A DNA stretch of 64,000 nucleotides from an uncultured delta proteobacterium (GCA_963789265.1 CAWBKB010000003.1:480001-544000); one strand, 5' to 3'. Shown: positions 40,184-50,195, numbered from the stretch's first letter. Numbers and translations: made by a program. The notes: a model not told the origin generated them from the sequence alone.

Positions 40184-42862
40184 CTATGCACAAGATAGCC
40201 AAACGGACACTGTTTCTGACAAGTGCTCTAAATCTGGTAGAAAAACACCGCGGTCGTCTCCAGAAAGCACCACGCAACTGCGACCGCCAATAGTCCGTGC
40301 GGAAGCATCCCGAAGAGAGAGCCCCAGAATCCTTCTCGATCCGCGTCTGCCGAGCCTGTACATTATCAGAAGGCTCCAGACCAGGCCGATCCAAATAAGT
40401 AGCTCCTGAAGGAAATGGGTTAGCCGCGGGGGTACTGTAATGATGAGCTGTCTGAATATCTCGAACTGAAAGGTCTGACTGACCAACATCGGCAAGTGAA
40501 CCCCAAGGTTTATCAGGTAATAAAGGTGGTAAGCGGAGAAACCGGTAAGAACTAACGGCAAGAGGGCCAAGCCGTATCGCGAGTAATTCTCTGCGAAGGA
40601 ATCATGGTAGATTTTGTGCGAGAGAGCAGTAGCGAGCAGCAGCATCAGGTTAAAACCCAAAATAAGTGCGAGAAAGAATATCGTGAATTTCGCAATTTCC
40701 GGAAGGGGCAAGAATCCGGTAACCTGATGGTAAATCGGCATCTTGCTCAGCATGTCGCTCAGTAACCCGCTCACCATACCGATGATGAGGAACGCCGTGC
40801 GAGTGTTGGTATGGCGCATCTCCCATATTTCTTTGCCGGGAATGCGAAGATTCAAATTAATTGCCCCATGCGGACAGTTCTTCACACATTGACCGCAAAT
40901 CTTGCAATACCTGTTGCTGTGAAGTTTCGGAGCGACTTGCCCGAAAGGACATCCTTCTCCTGTCGGGGTGCCCAGGTAGCACTCGTTTGACACGCACTGG
41001 GAAATGCAGACATTGCGATCCGCCCGAAGCTCCAAAGGTGAAGTCTTTGCAAGAATGCCGATCATCCCCCCGAGGCCGCACAAATAGCGGCACCATGACT
41101 GTCGCTCGAAAATGACTCCTACCACAAGCGCCGAAACCAGCATAGTCAAGAGCAGCAATCCGACATTAAACGGGGAACTCCGAATGTCGGTGGCCGTTTC
41201 AAACCAAATAATAACCAGAACAGCCCCCACGATGACCAGATCGCTGCGGCTCTTCAGGAACTGGGGAAAAGGCCGTTCCAGTGCGATAATCTTTTTGGCC
41301 AGTTTGCTTAGAGTTCCGATGGGGCAAAGTGAACACCAGAAGCGCGCCCACACAAACGCCCCGAGTATCAGAGTCGGCCACCCCACAGCCCAACTGAACA
41401 GCGCCGCGGGATTCTTCATAGGATCGGCCGGACCCAGGAAGAGCAGCACAAGTAGGATGAAGAAAAAGGGCGTTACCGCGCTCTGAAAAATCGCAGGGAA
41501 AAGTGGACTCCTCACCGCTTGCCGTACTGCTTGCAATCTGAGAAGGTTGAATCGTCCTTCGCCCTCGACTCTTTTGAGGTCGAAATAGATATCTTGCGGC
41601 TTGAGGACGCCCCCTTCGGATACAAGGACGGCCCTTTTGAGGGTCGTAGAAAGTTCCACATCGTTGCCGGGCCATGAGTAATTAACCAGGGCTTTGAGAG
41701 TTTCTTTTGGCAGCCTGGCGATCTCCTTTCGGAGTTCCTGGCAATATTGATTCAGGTAATGTCGAACCAGGCCCGGTATTTCTCGCCGACGGCTCCTCAA
41801 AGGCGGAATCACCATCGAGCGATACTTCAGGCCGTGTAATAGCGGATGTCTGCCCTGCGAAATTTCCGCAACCGGCAAGGTAGTGGTTGCAATCAGTCTT
41901 ATCTGCGCCTGCTGCACGGTCGAACCGTTGCATCTTCGAAAGTTGCCTCCTGTTACTGCCTCCAAAAGTTCTTGTTGCACTTCTGCAGTCAGATGCTCCA
42001 CCCCCCGAACAAGCAGCGTGCCGTCTTCAGTGAGTTCTATATATCCTGGAGTAGTTTTCCAGCCATCACTCTCGGTCTTCTCTTCCGAGCCAAAGAAAAG
42101 ACGAATCTGCTCTTGGGTGAGATTGGCATCGCCTTCGTTTCCGTTAGGATTTCCCCCACCAAAAGTTTGGTCCTGGCGAGCCCTCATCAGGTCGAGCAGC
42201 AGGAAAACGCTCTTGTATTGGGGACTTATCCTGAATAGAGCATGAGCTAGAACTTCCTTCCCCACGCCGGTCTCCCCAATTATAAGAACGGGACCATCTG
42301 AATTAGCAAACACTTCAAGCTTCGCGGAAAGGTGACGGCGAACGTAATCCCCGATCACATAATCCGGGAATATATGCTCTTCCCGGCTTATCAAAGACTG
42401 TAAGGCCCGCCTCTTCGCCTTATTTGCAAGGACACTGCGGTCCAGACGCATTATTTTGCGGGCCAAATTCCTTATCAAGGCCACTGTGACGTCGGGATGG
42501 TTGTGGACGATTTCTTCGAAATCGCGAGCAGGAACCTCCAATACACTGCAAGGCTCGTTGGCCACTATCTCCGTATTCGCGGGCGACGGATGTCCGGTGA
42601 GGAAGCTGATTTCTCCGAACATGTCGCCGGGTCGGAGAACCTCGACAGCCATCTCCTGGTCGTCACCATCTCGGAGCATTACGCCGGCCTCGCCGGCCAT
42701 TAGCACGCGAATCCGGTCTCCGCTGTCTCCCGGGGCCATTGAAACGTCTCCGGGACTGTATTCCAGCAGCAGACCCTTTTCCTTGACCATGAGTCGAACG
42801 TCTTCCGGGAGGCGCTCCAGTGCTTCCAGATCCATCTCACACGGGTAGGGGATTTTCAGCAT
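40184..42862 (-). CDS. cNMP-binding + sigma54-type AAA + membrane 4Fe-4S (NapH/YccM-like) fusion; probable frameshift near 40325, corrected stop about 40228
   Basis: PGDMFGEISF, GETGVGKE, PPLRSRR, YSWPGN, RFWCSLCP, WCRYLCGLG, CKICGQCVKNCP. A shifted frame gives the hydrophobic tail GMLPHGLLAVAVAWCFLE. Confidence 0.88.
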   Translation of the reverse strand: MLKIPYPCEMDLEALERLPEDVRLMVKEKGLLLEYSPGDVSMAPGDSGDRIRVLMAGEAGVMLRDGDDQEMAVEVLRPGDMFGEISFLTGHPSPANTEIVANEPCSVLEVPARDFEEIVHNHPDVTVALIRNLARKIMRLDRSVLANKAKRRALQSLISREEHIFPDYVIGDYVRRHLSAKLEVFANSDGPVLIIGETGVGKEVLAHALFRISPQYKSVFLLLDLMRARQDQTFGGGNPNGNEGDANLTQEQIRLFFGSEEKTESDGWKTTPGYIELTEDGTLLVRGVEHLTAEVQQELLEAVTGGNFRRCNGSTVQQAQIRLIATTTLPVAEISQGRHPLLHGLKYRSMVIPPLRSRRREIPGLVRHYLNQYCQELRKEIARLPKETLKALVNYSWPGNDVELSTTLKRAVLVSEGGVLKPQDIYFDLKRVEGEGRFNLLRLQAVRQAVRSPLFPAIFQSAVTPFFFILLVLLFLGPADPMKNPAALFSWAVGWPTLILGAFVWARFWCSLCPIGTLSKLAKKIIALERPFPQFLKSRSDLVIVGAVLVIIWFETATDIRSSPFNVGLLLLTMLVSALVVGVIFERQSWCRYLCGLGGMIGILAKTSPLELRADRNVCISQCVSNECYLGTPTGEGCPFGQVAPKLHSNRYCKICGQCVKNCPHGAINLNLRIPGKEIWEMRHTNTRTAFLIIGMVSGLLSDMLSKMPIYHQVTGFLPLPEIAKFTIFFLALILGFNLMLLLATALSHKIYHDSFAENYSRYGLALLPLVLTGFSAYHLYYLINLGVHLPMLVSQTFQFEIFRQLIITVPPRLTHFLQELLIWIGLVWSLLIMYRLGRRGSRRILGLSLRDASARTIGGRSCVVLSGDDRGVFLPDLEHLSETVSVWLSCA

Positions 42863-43068
42863 GTTAAAAGGGTGCAGAAAGGTGCTTGTCTATAAGAATA
42901 AGAAATCAGAACAGTTCCAACCTAACTATTGCTGATTATAGCGAGATCGCAGCTCTTTCACAAGATGAGCCGGCAAAGAATTTCCCTCTTTTCACTTTGT
43001 GACGCTCATTCGCGTTAAGTTAAGCCAATTTCGTTCCTTTTCGGGAGGTCCATGCAGGCCGAGGGCGA

Positions 43069-43236
43069 TCAAAGTCCCCCTTTTCTAAAGGGGGATTTAG
43101 GGGTATTTTAAAGTAGTTATCCTAAAATCCCCCCTGCCCCCCCCTTACGAAAGGGCGGGAACCCCACGTTCCGCGGGGTGGCCGGTCCTACAGTCCCACG
43201 TTCGCGGCCATGACGACGGACGAGACCCACGTCCTA
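43069..43236. repeat. Cluster of palindromic repeats
   Basis: TCCCCCTTTTCTAAAGGGGGA, CCCCCTTACGAAAGGG and two GTCCTAC-ending REP-like halves. Confidence 0.65.
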
Positions 43237-45277
43237 CGCATCAGTGGTAGGCCCCTTATCCCGCGAGATGCGATGGGGGAGTACTAGGTCAATAAGTTCT
43301 CCAACGTCCTCGGCCAAAACCACCTCCAGGCCGTCCGTCACGTCGTTCGGCAAGCTGTTGACATCAACTTCGTTCCGCTTGGGAAACACGACTGCCTTCA
43401 AGTTTGCCCTTTGCGCCGCCAAAACCTTTTCACGAATACCGCTGACGCCCAGGATCTTGCCATTGAGGGTGATTTCTCCGCTCATACCCACGCAGCGTCT
43501 CGCGGGTCGGGACGTGAGGAGAGAAATAAGTGCCACGGCAATTGTAACTCCCGCGGATGGCCCGTCTTTGGGGACCGCGCCGGCCGGGATGTGGATGTGA
43601 ATGTCATTTCCGAAAAAGAAACTCAGGATCTATACCGTAGAGATCGGCATGGCTCCGAACATAACTCAATGCCGTCTGGGCGGACTCTTTGAGGATTGCG
43701 CCGAGCGAACCAGTCAGAATTAGCTGCCGGCTACCTCTCATCCGGGTAGCCTCCACAAAGATGATCTCCCCACCGAATTCGGTCCAAACAAGGCCGGTGG
43801 AGACGCCCACCTGGTCCTCTGCTTCAAGTGCCTCATGTGAAAATTTCCGCGGGCCCAAAAATTCCCCTACGAGGTTCTCATCCACCACGGTGGGGAGGGG
43901 ACTTTCATTCTGCTTCAAGCAGATGCGGGCCAGTTTCCGGGCGATATTGGCTATTTCACGCTCGAGATTCCGTAGCCCCGCCTCTCGGGTATGGTCCTGA
44001 ATGATTTTCACGATGGCCGAATCAGTAAAGTGTACACCCTTACCGACCAGGCCGTTGTCCCTCAACTGGCGAGGGATCAAATAATCTTTAGCAATTTCTC
44101 TCTTTTCTTTTTCAGTATAGCCGGGAAAGTTAATCACTTCGAGCCGATCCAGGAGAGGCGTGGGGAGGTTTTCAACTACGTTGGCAGTGGCGATAAACAT
44201 AACGGACGATAGATCGAAAGGCACATCCAGATAATGATCTACAAATTGATGGTTCTGTTCGGGATCCAAAATTTCGAGCAGGACGCACGCAGGGTCTCCT
44301 CTGAAATCCTGTCCGATTTTGTCGATCTCGTCCAGCATAAACACGGGATTTTTGAGGGCCAAACGCCTGACTTCGCTCATGATGCGGCCGGGCATGGCCC
44401 CGACGTACGTTCTTCGATGGCCTCTTAACTCGGCCTCATCGCGCAGCCCCGCCAGCGAAAATCGTACGAATTTCCGTTCCATCGCGTCGGCAATGGCCTG
44501 ACCGATAGAGGTTTTTCCCGTTCCGGGGGGGCCTGAGAAGCAGAGGATGGGCCCACGCGTTATTTGTGCGTGCCGTTTCTTCTCAAGTATCCGATTAACG
44601 GTGGAGCGCAAGTCATCCAGCTTGAAAGGTTTTGCCAGGTAGTACGCAGCCCCCTTTGTCAACGCGTCCACCGCGGAATCCACAGTGGCATACCCTGTGA
44701 TCATGATTATGTCGGTGAAGGGCGTCGTTCGTTTTATGGTCTCCAAGAGTTGAAGACCATTCATTTTCTCCATTTTGAGGTCGGTGACAACGAGATCGAA
44801 CGGTTGACATTCCACCTTTTCCAAAGCTTCGATGCCGTTGCACACGGTTTCTATCTCATGACCTTGCTTAACCAGAACATGCTCGATGTTTTCACGGGCG
44901 ATCGCTTCATCATCCACCACGAGAATCCGAGATGTCTTTTTATTGCGGAGCGTTCTGACAGCAAGGTACTCGAGTATCCGCTCTTTTACGAGTGCCAAGC
45001 CGTAGTGTCGGCTTTGTAGAACGCGCTCGGCCCTTTCGATGTCTAAATTGTCCTCCGTATAACGGTTCCAAGGAAGAGATACGAGGTAATCGAGGTAAGT
45101 TGTGCCGATAGAGTATTCCGCTGCAGACGGGTCGGTCTTCTCAAGCCTCTCCAGTTCCTTCCTGGCCACTTCGGCTACATTTTCCGGCAAATGTGCTTTT
45201 TCGATCTCGCTTTTGAGGTCGAGAATGTCTTGAGCCACGTGGGGTTGTTGCTCTTCGGTTTTTCTGAAAAAGGCCAT
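43234..45277 (-). CDS. lon: Lon protease with inserted receiver domain, lacking the Lon N-domain (frameshift near 43615)
   Basis: KERILEYLAVR, then REC (ILVVDDE...DLVVTDLKM...ITGY...KPF), then GPPGTGKTS, GHRRTYVGAMPG, LDEIDK. Removing one T restores DIHIHIPAGAVPKDGPSAG and GIREKVLAA. Confidence 0.92.
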
Positions 45278-45407
45278 TACGAACCTCTCACTGCACCCCA
45301 GCCTTAATGACCGAATTATAGAGGGAAAACGGGAACGCCACAACAGGATTGATTTCGAGTTCGCGGCCCAGCATGAATTTTGATTCCCACCCTGCCGAAG
45401 ACCGGCC

Positions 45408-45509
45408 GTTGCATTATGTAACGGCTCGCAAAACCCGCGTAATGGGAGTCAATCTCCCGAAATTACGGCTATCGCGCCAGCCTTCTGCAAAAGTGTTACT
45501 TAACGCAAC
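45408..45509. promoter_or_regulatory. Pair of GTTGCA-N3-TGCAAC-like enhancer sites
   Basis: GTTGCATTATGTAAC (45408) and GTTACTTAACGCAAC (45495), 87 bp apart. Confidence 0.65.
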
Positions 45510-45586
45510 ATTCGGGGGTTCTTTTGAGGCCTGCACGTTTCAAGTCATTTTTTTCAAAAGCCGGTCACGAAGGCGTGTTATCGATT

Positions 45587-45602
45587 TGGCACGGTATTTG
45601 AT
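45587..45602 (+). promoter_or_regulatory. Probable sigma54 promoter
   Basis: TGGCACGGTATTTGAT: consensus -24 box, variant -12 box. Confidence 0.6.
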
Positions 45603-45645
45603 GGTCCACAGACAGACGGTAATCCGAACTGTCCCGGAGGTCAAC

Positions 45646-45825
45646 ATGGGATTCTGGAGAGAAAAATTTGAAGCCATGGCAATGGCCGTCGCGTTCGCGG
45701 AAGCAGGGGAATGGGATACAGCCCGATCTCTCGTGAAAGATACGGGAGCACCGCGAGTGGGAAGGACTGCGAAAACCCGGAAGCGGACGGAAAACAGGCC
45801 TAAAAAGAGATTATTCAGACTGTAA
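45646..45825 (+). CDS. Small protein with AVAFAEAGE motif
   Basis: GGAGG RBS; MGFWREKFEAMAMAVAFAEAGEWDTARSL followed by a basic tail. Confidence 0.75.
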   Translation: MGFWREKFEAMAMAVAFAEAGEWDTARSLVKDTGAPRVGRTAKTRKRTENRPKKRLFRL

Positions 45826-45918
45826 CGTGCAAGACAGACACCGGTGACGTCGGCTTTTGCGGCACACCATGATTTGTTCGAGCCGGTTGAGTGATAGATT
45901 TGAAGTTGGAGGAACATT

Positions 45919-46239
45919 ATGGCGGCAACATATCGCCCTACAAAGAAAAAGCTGGCGCTAAAGACAATTGTCTTTGGCGTCATTACTGCAACACTTTATG
46001 CCGTGGCATTTACGCATTCCGACGCGATGCTGCAACTTTTCACGAAGGGTGGATATTATGCGGCCCTTCCGATTGCCACGGTTTTTGTCTTCTCCTTCAT
46101 TCACGGAACGTTTGCAAGCAATCTCTGGTCAATGCTGGGAATCGAGGCCATAACGAAACAGCCTGCAAAACGTCCGGAAGTCAGACCCGTACCGCGTCCG
46201 GCCCAAAGGCCGCGACCTCGTTTGCGCGCAAATTTGTAG
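45919..46239 (+). CDS. Small two-TM membrane protein
   Basis: GGAGGA RBS; GGYYAALPIATVFVFSFIHGTFASNLWSMLGIE. Confidence 0.8.
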   Translation: MAATYRPTKKKLALKTIVFGVITATLYAVAFTHSDAMLQLFTKGGYYAALPIATVFVFSFIHGTFASNLWSMLGIEAITKQPAKRPEVRPVPRPAQRPRPRLRANL

Positions 46240-46267
46240 TTGCTATCTAATCAGGAGGACATGCCAA

Positions 46268-47353
46268 ATGCACGACTTGGCCTTGGAAGGCATAAAATTC
46301 ATAGATCTCACTTGGATGAACGTAGCTTTTTTGTTCACGGTGGGATTCATCGGTGGCCTGGTAAGCGGTTTTATAGGATCCGGAGGAGCATTTGTCCTTA
46401 CTCCGGGCATGATGAGCCTGGGGGTCCCGGCCGCGGTCGCGGTGGCCAGCAATATGTGTCACAAGTTCCCTAAAGCCATGGTCGGAGCGTACAGAAGGTT
46501 CAAATATGGCCAGGTGGACTTGAAGCTCGGGATTGTAATGGCTGCTTCAGCGACAGTGGGAGTGCAGGCGGGAATAAAAATTCAAGAGATGATTCTGGCG
46601 AAATGGGGAGAGGCCGGCTCAGACCTCTACGTCAGCCTTTCGTTTGTCACCGTGCTTATCGTCGTCGGAGGTTACGTCTTCTATGATGCGTGGAAAACAC
46701 AAAGATCCGGCGGGGCCGATAAAGTCTCCTCCTTGGCGCTATGGCTCCAGAGGATCAATCTTCCTCCTATGATTCATTTTAAGACAGCAAACCTAAGAAT
46801 TTCGTTGTGGTTCACCGTTCCGGTGGGATTTGCCACAGGCATGTTGGCTGCGACGATAGCCGTGGGCGGCTTTGTGGGCGTTCCTGGAATGATTTACGTC
46901 ATCGGCGCTACCGGATTGATCTCTTCTGCAACCGAGCTTGTAATCGCTTTTCTTATGGGACTTGGCGGTTCGATAAAATGGGCCATTCACGGAATGGTGG
47001 ACATCAGGCTCACGCTTATCATCCTTGCCGGTTCTCTGCTGGGCGTTCAACTTGGGGCCATTGGCACGACTTACGTGAAAGAGCACATGATCAAAGTGGT
47101 TATGGGCACGATTATGCTGGTGGTTGCCGTAAGTCGAGCTCTCGCGGTGCCGCAGTATTTGGAGCAACTCGGCCTGATATCAATGTCAAAGTCAACGATA
47201 AGTATTCTCGATGTGGCCAGTTTCGTTTCAATGTGTATGGCGCTGGGTGTGGGAGCAATCATCATCCTTGGCAGCATGTGGAAGAGCAAGCGGGCCGCAG
47301 CCGAGCAGCTCTATTCAGCTCCGATAGTCTCAGAAGGCTATGAGCATGTTTGA
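46268..47353 (+). CDS. TauE/SafE (TSUP) family permease
   Basis: GFIGGLVSGFIGSGGAFVLTP, second repeat AVGGFVGVP, GSLLGVQLGA. Confidence 0.92.
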   Translation: MHDLALEGIKFIDLTWMNVAFLFTVGFIGGLVSGFIGSGGAFVLTPGMMSLGVPAAVAVASNMCHKFPKAMVGAYRRFKYGQVDLKLGIVMAASATVGVQAGIKIQEMILAKWGEAGSDLYVSLSFVTVLIVVGGYVFYDAWKTQRSGGADKVSSLALWLQRINLPPMIHFKTANLRISLWFTVPVGFATGMLAATIAVGGFVGVPGMIYVIGATGLISSATELVIAFLMGLGGSIKWAIHGMVDIRLTLIILAGSLLGVQLGAIGTTYVKEHMIKVVMGTIMLVVAVSRALAVPQYLEQLGLISMSKSTISILDVASFVSMCMALGVGAIIILGSMWKSKRAAAEQLYSAPIVSEGYEHV

Positions 47354-47384
47354 TCCGGTCGAGGTCCGGTAAATGGGTAGGCTC

Positions 47385-47419
47385 GGGGTTGCAAGTCAAT
47401 TGCAGCCCCTCTTGTTTTT
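47385..47419 (+). terminator. Intrinsic terminator after the TauE gene
   Basis: GGGGTTGCAA-GTCAA-TTGCAGCCCC hairpin followed by TCTTGTTTTT. Confidence 0.7.
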
Positions 47420-47477
47420 GCATTCACAAACGCCGTCGACTTTCCTGAAATTCCGTGAATATTTATGGTAACCGTTT

Positions 47478-47672
47478 ACCGCCGAGAACGCAGGGACCGC
47501 GGAGAATTGTGTTTTTGTAGGCGTTCATGCAAATGATGCGGCAATTCCGATCTGTAACAGTGAGCGAATTTCCGACCGGACTGCACGCACGGCCGACTCA
47601 ACTAACATGGCAACGAGCAATCTATCTTTCTTACCTGGGTTTGTCCGCGCATTCCGCGTTTTGCGGGACGGT
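47478..47672 (+). repeat. ~190-bp dispersed element, copy 1
   Basis: Starts ACCGCCGAGAACGCAGGGACCGCGGAG; similar to the reverse complement of 49998-50174. Confidence 0.7.
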
Positions 47673-47746
47673 GATCCCGCGTTCCTTCGCGGGATTGATT
47701 GCTTGGAGAACGGTCGTAATCATTCACTTACGTGCGGCAAAGGATT

Positions 47747-47875
47747 GTCATTGAGAGCGGAGCGAAGCAATCTTTTCCTATGAGTCCGTAGATTGCCAGT
47801 GGGACGGGCATCTTGCCCGTCATTTCCAATAGACAGGCTGGAAGCCTGTCCCACCATTCACTCCTCGCAATGACG
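47747..47875. repeat. Nested REP-like elements
   Basis: Outer TGTCATTG..GAAGCAATC / GATTGC..CTCGCAATGAC; inner GTGGGACGGGCATCTTGCCCGTC..GACAGGCTGGAAGCCTGTCCCAC. Confidence 0.75.
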
Positions 47876-47929
47876 GTACCCGAAGATTCCCCGCATAAGT
47901 GAAGGAATACAAACGATCGTCGTTTTCAT

Positions 47930-47979
47930 TTGACAGGCTGTTCTGAACTTTGCTATTTTCAGGAATGAGCGTTCATTCC
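47930..47979 (+). promoter_or_regulatory. Sigma70 promoter with adjacent TetR operator
   Basis: TTGACA-N18-TATTTT (extended TG), then palindrome GGAATGAGCGTTCATTCC at 47962-47979. Confidence 0.75.
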
Positions 47980-47998
47980 GAATTGCGGCGAGGGAATT

Positions 47999-48559
47999 TT
48001 GACCGATAAGCGAGAAGCCATTTTACAAGCGGCGATGGAGCTCTTTTCAGAAAGGGGGTTCCACGGGACGCCGGTGCCTATGATCGTGGAAAAGGCCAAC
48101 GTGAGCACCGGGACCATGTACCGGTACTTCAGGGACAAGGAGGAGTTGGTCAACGTGTTATACCGGCACTGGAAGCTGGAGATGGTAAAAGCCACCATTG
48201 AGGGATTGCCTGAAGATTTACCTTTGCGCCAGCTCTTTCACGAGATATGGCATCGGTGGAAGAATTTCGCTCTGGATCATCAAGCCGCCTATTCATTTTT
48301 GGAAGCCCACCACCACGCTCCTTACTTGGATGAAGAAAGCTGTGCCCTCACAAACAAGCTGCACAGAAGATACATCGAATTCTTCGAGAGAGGACGCCGG
48401 GAACAAATCGTTAAAGATGTGGCGCCGGAAATGTTGGTGGCCGTGGTGGCAGGAATCATGATCGAAATCATGAAGGAACATTGGGCCGGCTGGTTCGAGT
48501 TGACCCCCGATACAGTCGCTCAGGCGGAGGAAATTTGCTGGGAAGCGGTACGGAGGTGA
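47999..48559 (+). CDS. TetR/AcrR family regulator
   Basis: ILQAAMELFSERGF...ANVSTGTMYRYFRDKEEL. Confidence 0.94.
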   Translation: MTDKREAILQAAMELFSERGFHGTPVPMIVEKANVSTGTMYRYFRDKEELVNVLYRHWKLEMVKATIEGLPEDLPLRQLFHEIWHRWKNFALDHQAAYSFLEAHHHAPYLDEESCALTNKLHRRYIEFFERGRREQIVKDVAPEMLVAVVAGIMIEIMKEHWAGWFELTPDTVAQAEEICWEAVRR

Positions 48560-48588
48560 TGCGGGGAGAATTTTCTTTGCTACCGTTG

Positions 48589-48606
48589 GGAATGAACGCT
48601 CATTCC
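48589..48606. promoter_or_regulatory. Second TetR operator copy
   Basis: GGAATGAACGCTCATTCC is the exact reverse complement of 47962-47979. Confidence 0.75.
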
Positions 48607-48759
48607 AGTTGCCCTTTTCGCATGGAGATCCCGTAAACAATCTTTTTGGCTTGCAGCGTGCTTTCATAGTCCAGTCATTTATGACAAGAACCCACGTAAT
48701 TCGGTAGCAGAACCAAAAAGCAACAACCGGTCCGAAATAACCAATTCAAGGAGGCGCTT

Positions 48760-49929
48760 ATGGATAGCCAAGTTTATGCCGTTAAATGCGCTGATTACTC
48801 TCAAGCCGCAGAAAAGACGGCTGAGCTTTTGAGCATGGTAGGCGGCATTGGGGCCTTTGTCTCAACAGGCGAGAAGATCGCTCTCAAGGTAAATCTTTTG
48901 TTGGCCGCCCGACCTGAACAAGCGGTGACTACTCATCCCGCGATCGTTTCAGCAGTTGCGGTTGCGGCCAAAAGCCAAGGAGCGGCCCCGTTCATAGTGG
49001 ACAGCCCGGGCAGCGGCTACCGCTACGAAGAGAAGGTCCTGATGAAGACCTACAGGACTACCGGCATGGAAGATGCGGCCCGGGAGGCCGGCATTGAACT
49101 GAATCTCGACTGTTCCCACCGAGAGGTCCCTTTTCCCAACGGGAAGCTGATTAAGCGATTTGAAGTCATCAGCCCGGTAGTGGATGCGGACGGTGTGATC
49201 AATTTGTGCAAACTTAAGACCCATTTGTTCACTTACATGACCGGGGCAGTCAAAAACCATTTCGGGGTCATTCCCGGTCTGGCCAAACCGGGATATCACG
49301 CGAAACTCCGCGATACCGGCCGTTTCGCGGCTATGCTACTCGACCTAACCGACCTGGTGTCGGCGCGGCTATTCATTATGGATGCAGTGACGGCCATGGA
49401 AGGGGACGGCCCCCATGCCGGCGATCCCCGTCAGGTGGGATTGATCCTGGCTTCTACAAATGCGGTGGCCCTGGATACAGTGGGCGGGGAAATCATCGGG
49501 CTGGCCAGGGAGGACAATCCGGTCTTAATGGAAGCGGAACGAAGAGGGCTTGGTCCTAACAGGTTAGAAGATGTTGAATTAGTCGGGCTGGACAAAGAGC
49601 AGCTCCGAATCCCGAACTTCAAGACACCGGCAAGCTATTACGGTGGAATGGGTATGGGCAGGATACCCCTGCACCTTCGGTTGTTATCTCCATTGTTCAA
49701 CGGGATGTCGGTGAAGCCTCAGGTTCAGAAGAAGAAATGCATCGGCTGCGGTGTGTGCGCCGAAGCCTGTCCCATGCAGGCCATCGCCGTGATTGAAAAT
49801 AAAAATGCTCAAATCGACGACAATGCGTGCATCCGATGCTACTGCTGCCACGAAATGTGTCCTGAAAAGGCTATCGAACTCAAACAAAGCATGCTGTACC
49901 GGATGATAAAACCAGCCGGAACGGTGTGA
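48760..49929 (+). CDS. DUF362 protein with C-terminal 2x[4Fe-4S] domain
   Basis: LKVNLL, AVTTHP, KLKTH, TGAVKNHFG, MEGDGP; CIGCGVCAEACP and CIRCYCCHEMCP. Confidence 0.9.
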   Translation: MDSQVYAVKCADYSQAAEKTAELLSMVGGIGAFVSTGEKIALKVNLLLAARPEQAVTTHPAIVSAVAVAAKSQGAAPFIVDSPGSGYRYEEKVLMKTYRTTGMEDAAREAGIELNLDCSHREVPFPNGKLIKRFEVISPVVDADGVINLCKLKTHLFTYMTGAVKNHFGVIPGLAKPGYHAKLRDTGRFAAMLLDLTDLVSARLFIMDAVTAMEGDGPHAGDPRQVGLILASTNAVALDTVGGEIIGLAREDNPVLMEAERRGLGPNRLEDVELVGLDKEQLRIPNFKTPASYYGGMGMGRIPLHLRLLSPLFNGMSVKPQVQKKKCIGCGVCAEACPMQAIAVIENKNAQIDDNACIRCYCCHEMCPEKAIELKQSMLYRMIKPAGTV

Positions 49930-49997
49930 TCCGTTCCGCTAACAAATTGCGACTGAGATTAATTGTGAGGTGACTATTCACCGAGCAATCAAAATTT

Positions 49998-50174
49998 ACC
50001 GCAGAGTGCGCCGAGAACGCGGAGGAAGAAATAGCTGGTTCAGCGTCATGTGAGTTACCGCGCGAATAGCTCGGTCGAAATTGCCTTGACTGTCGCTGGC
50101 CGGATTTGCCGTGCCCCATCGGACAGGCGTGCACCGAAAACAGAATTCTCCGCGGTCTCTGCGTTCTCCGCGGT
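49998..50174 (-). repeat. ~180-bp dispersed element, copy 2 (inverted)
   Basis: Ends ACCGCAGAGTGCGCCGAGAACGCGGAG / CTCCGCGGTCTCTGCGTTCTCCGCGGT. Confidence 0.7.
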
Positions 50175-50195
50175 GAACCGCTGTATTGTGAGATT

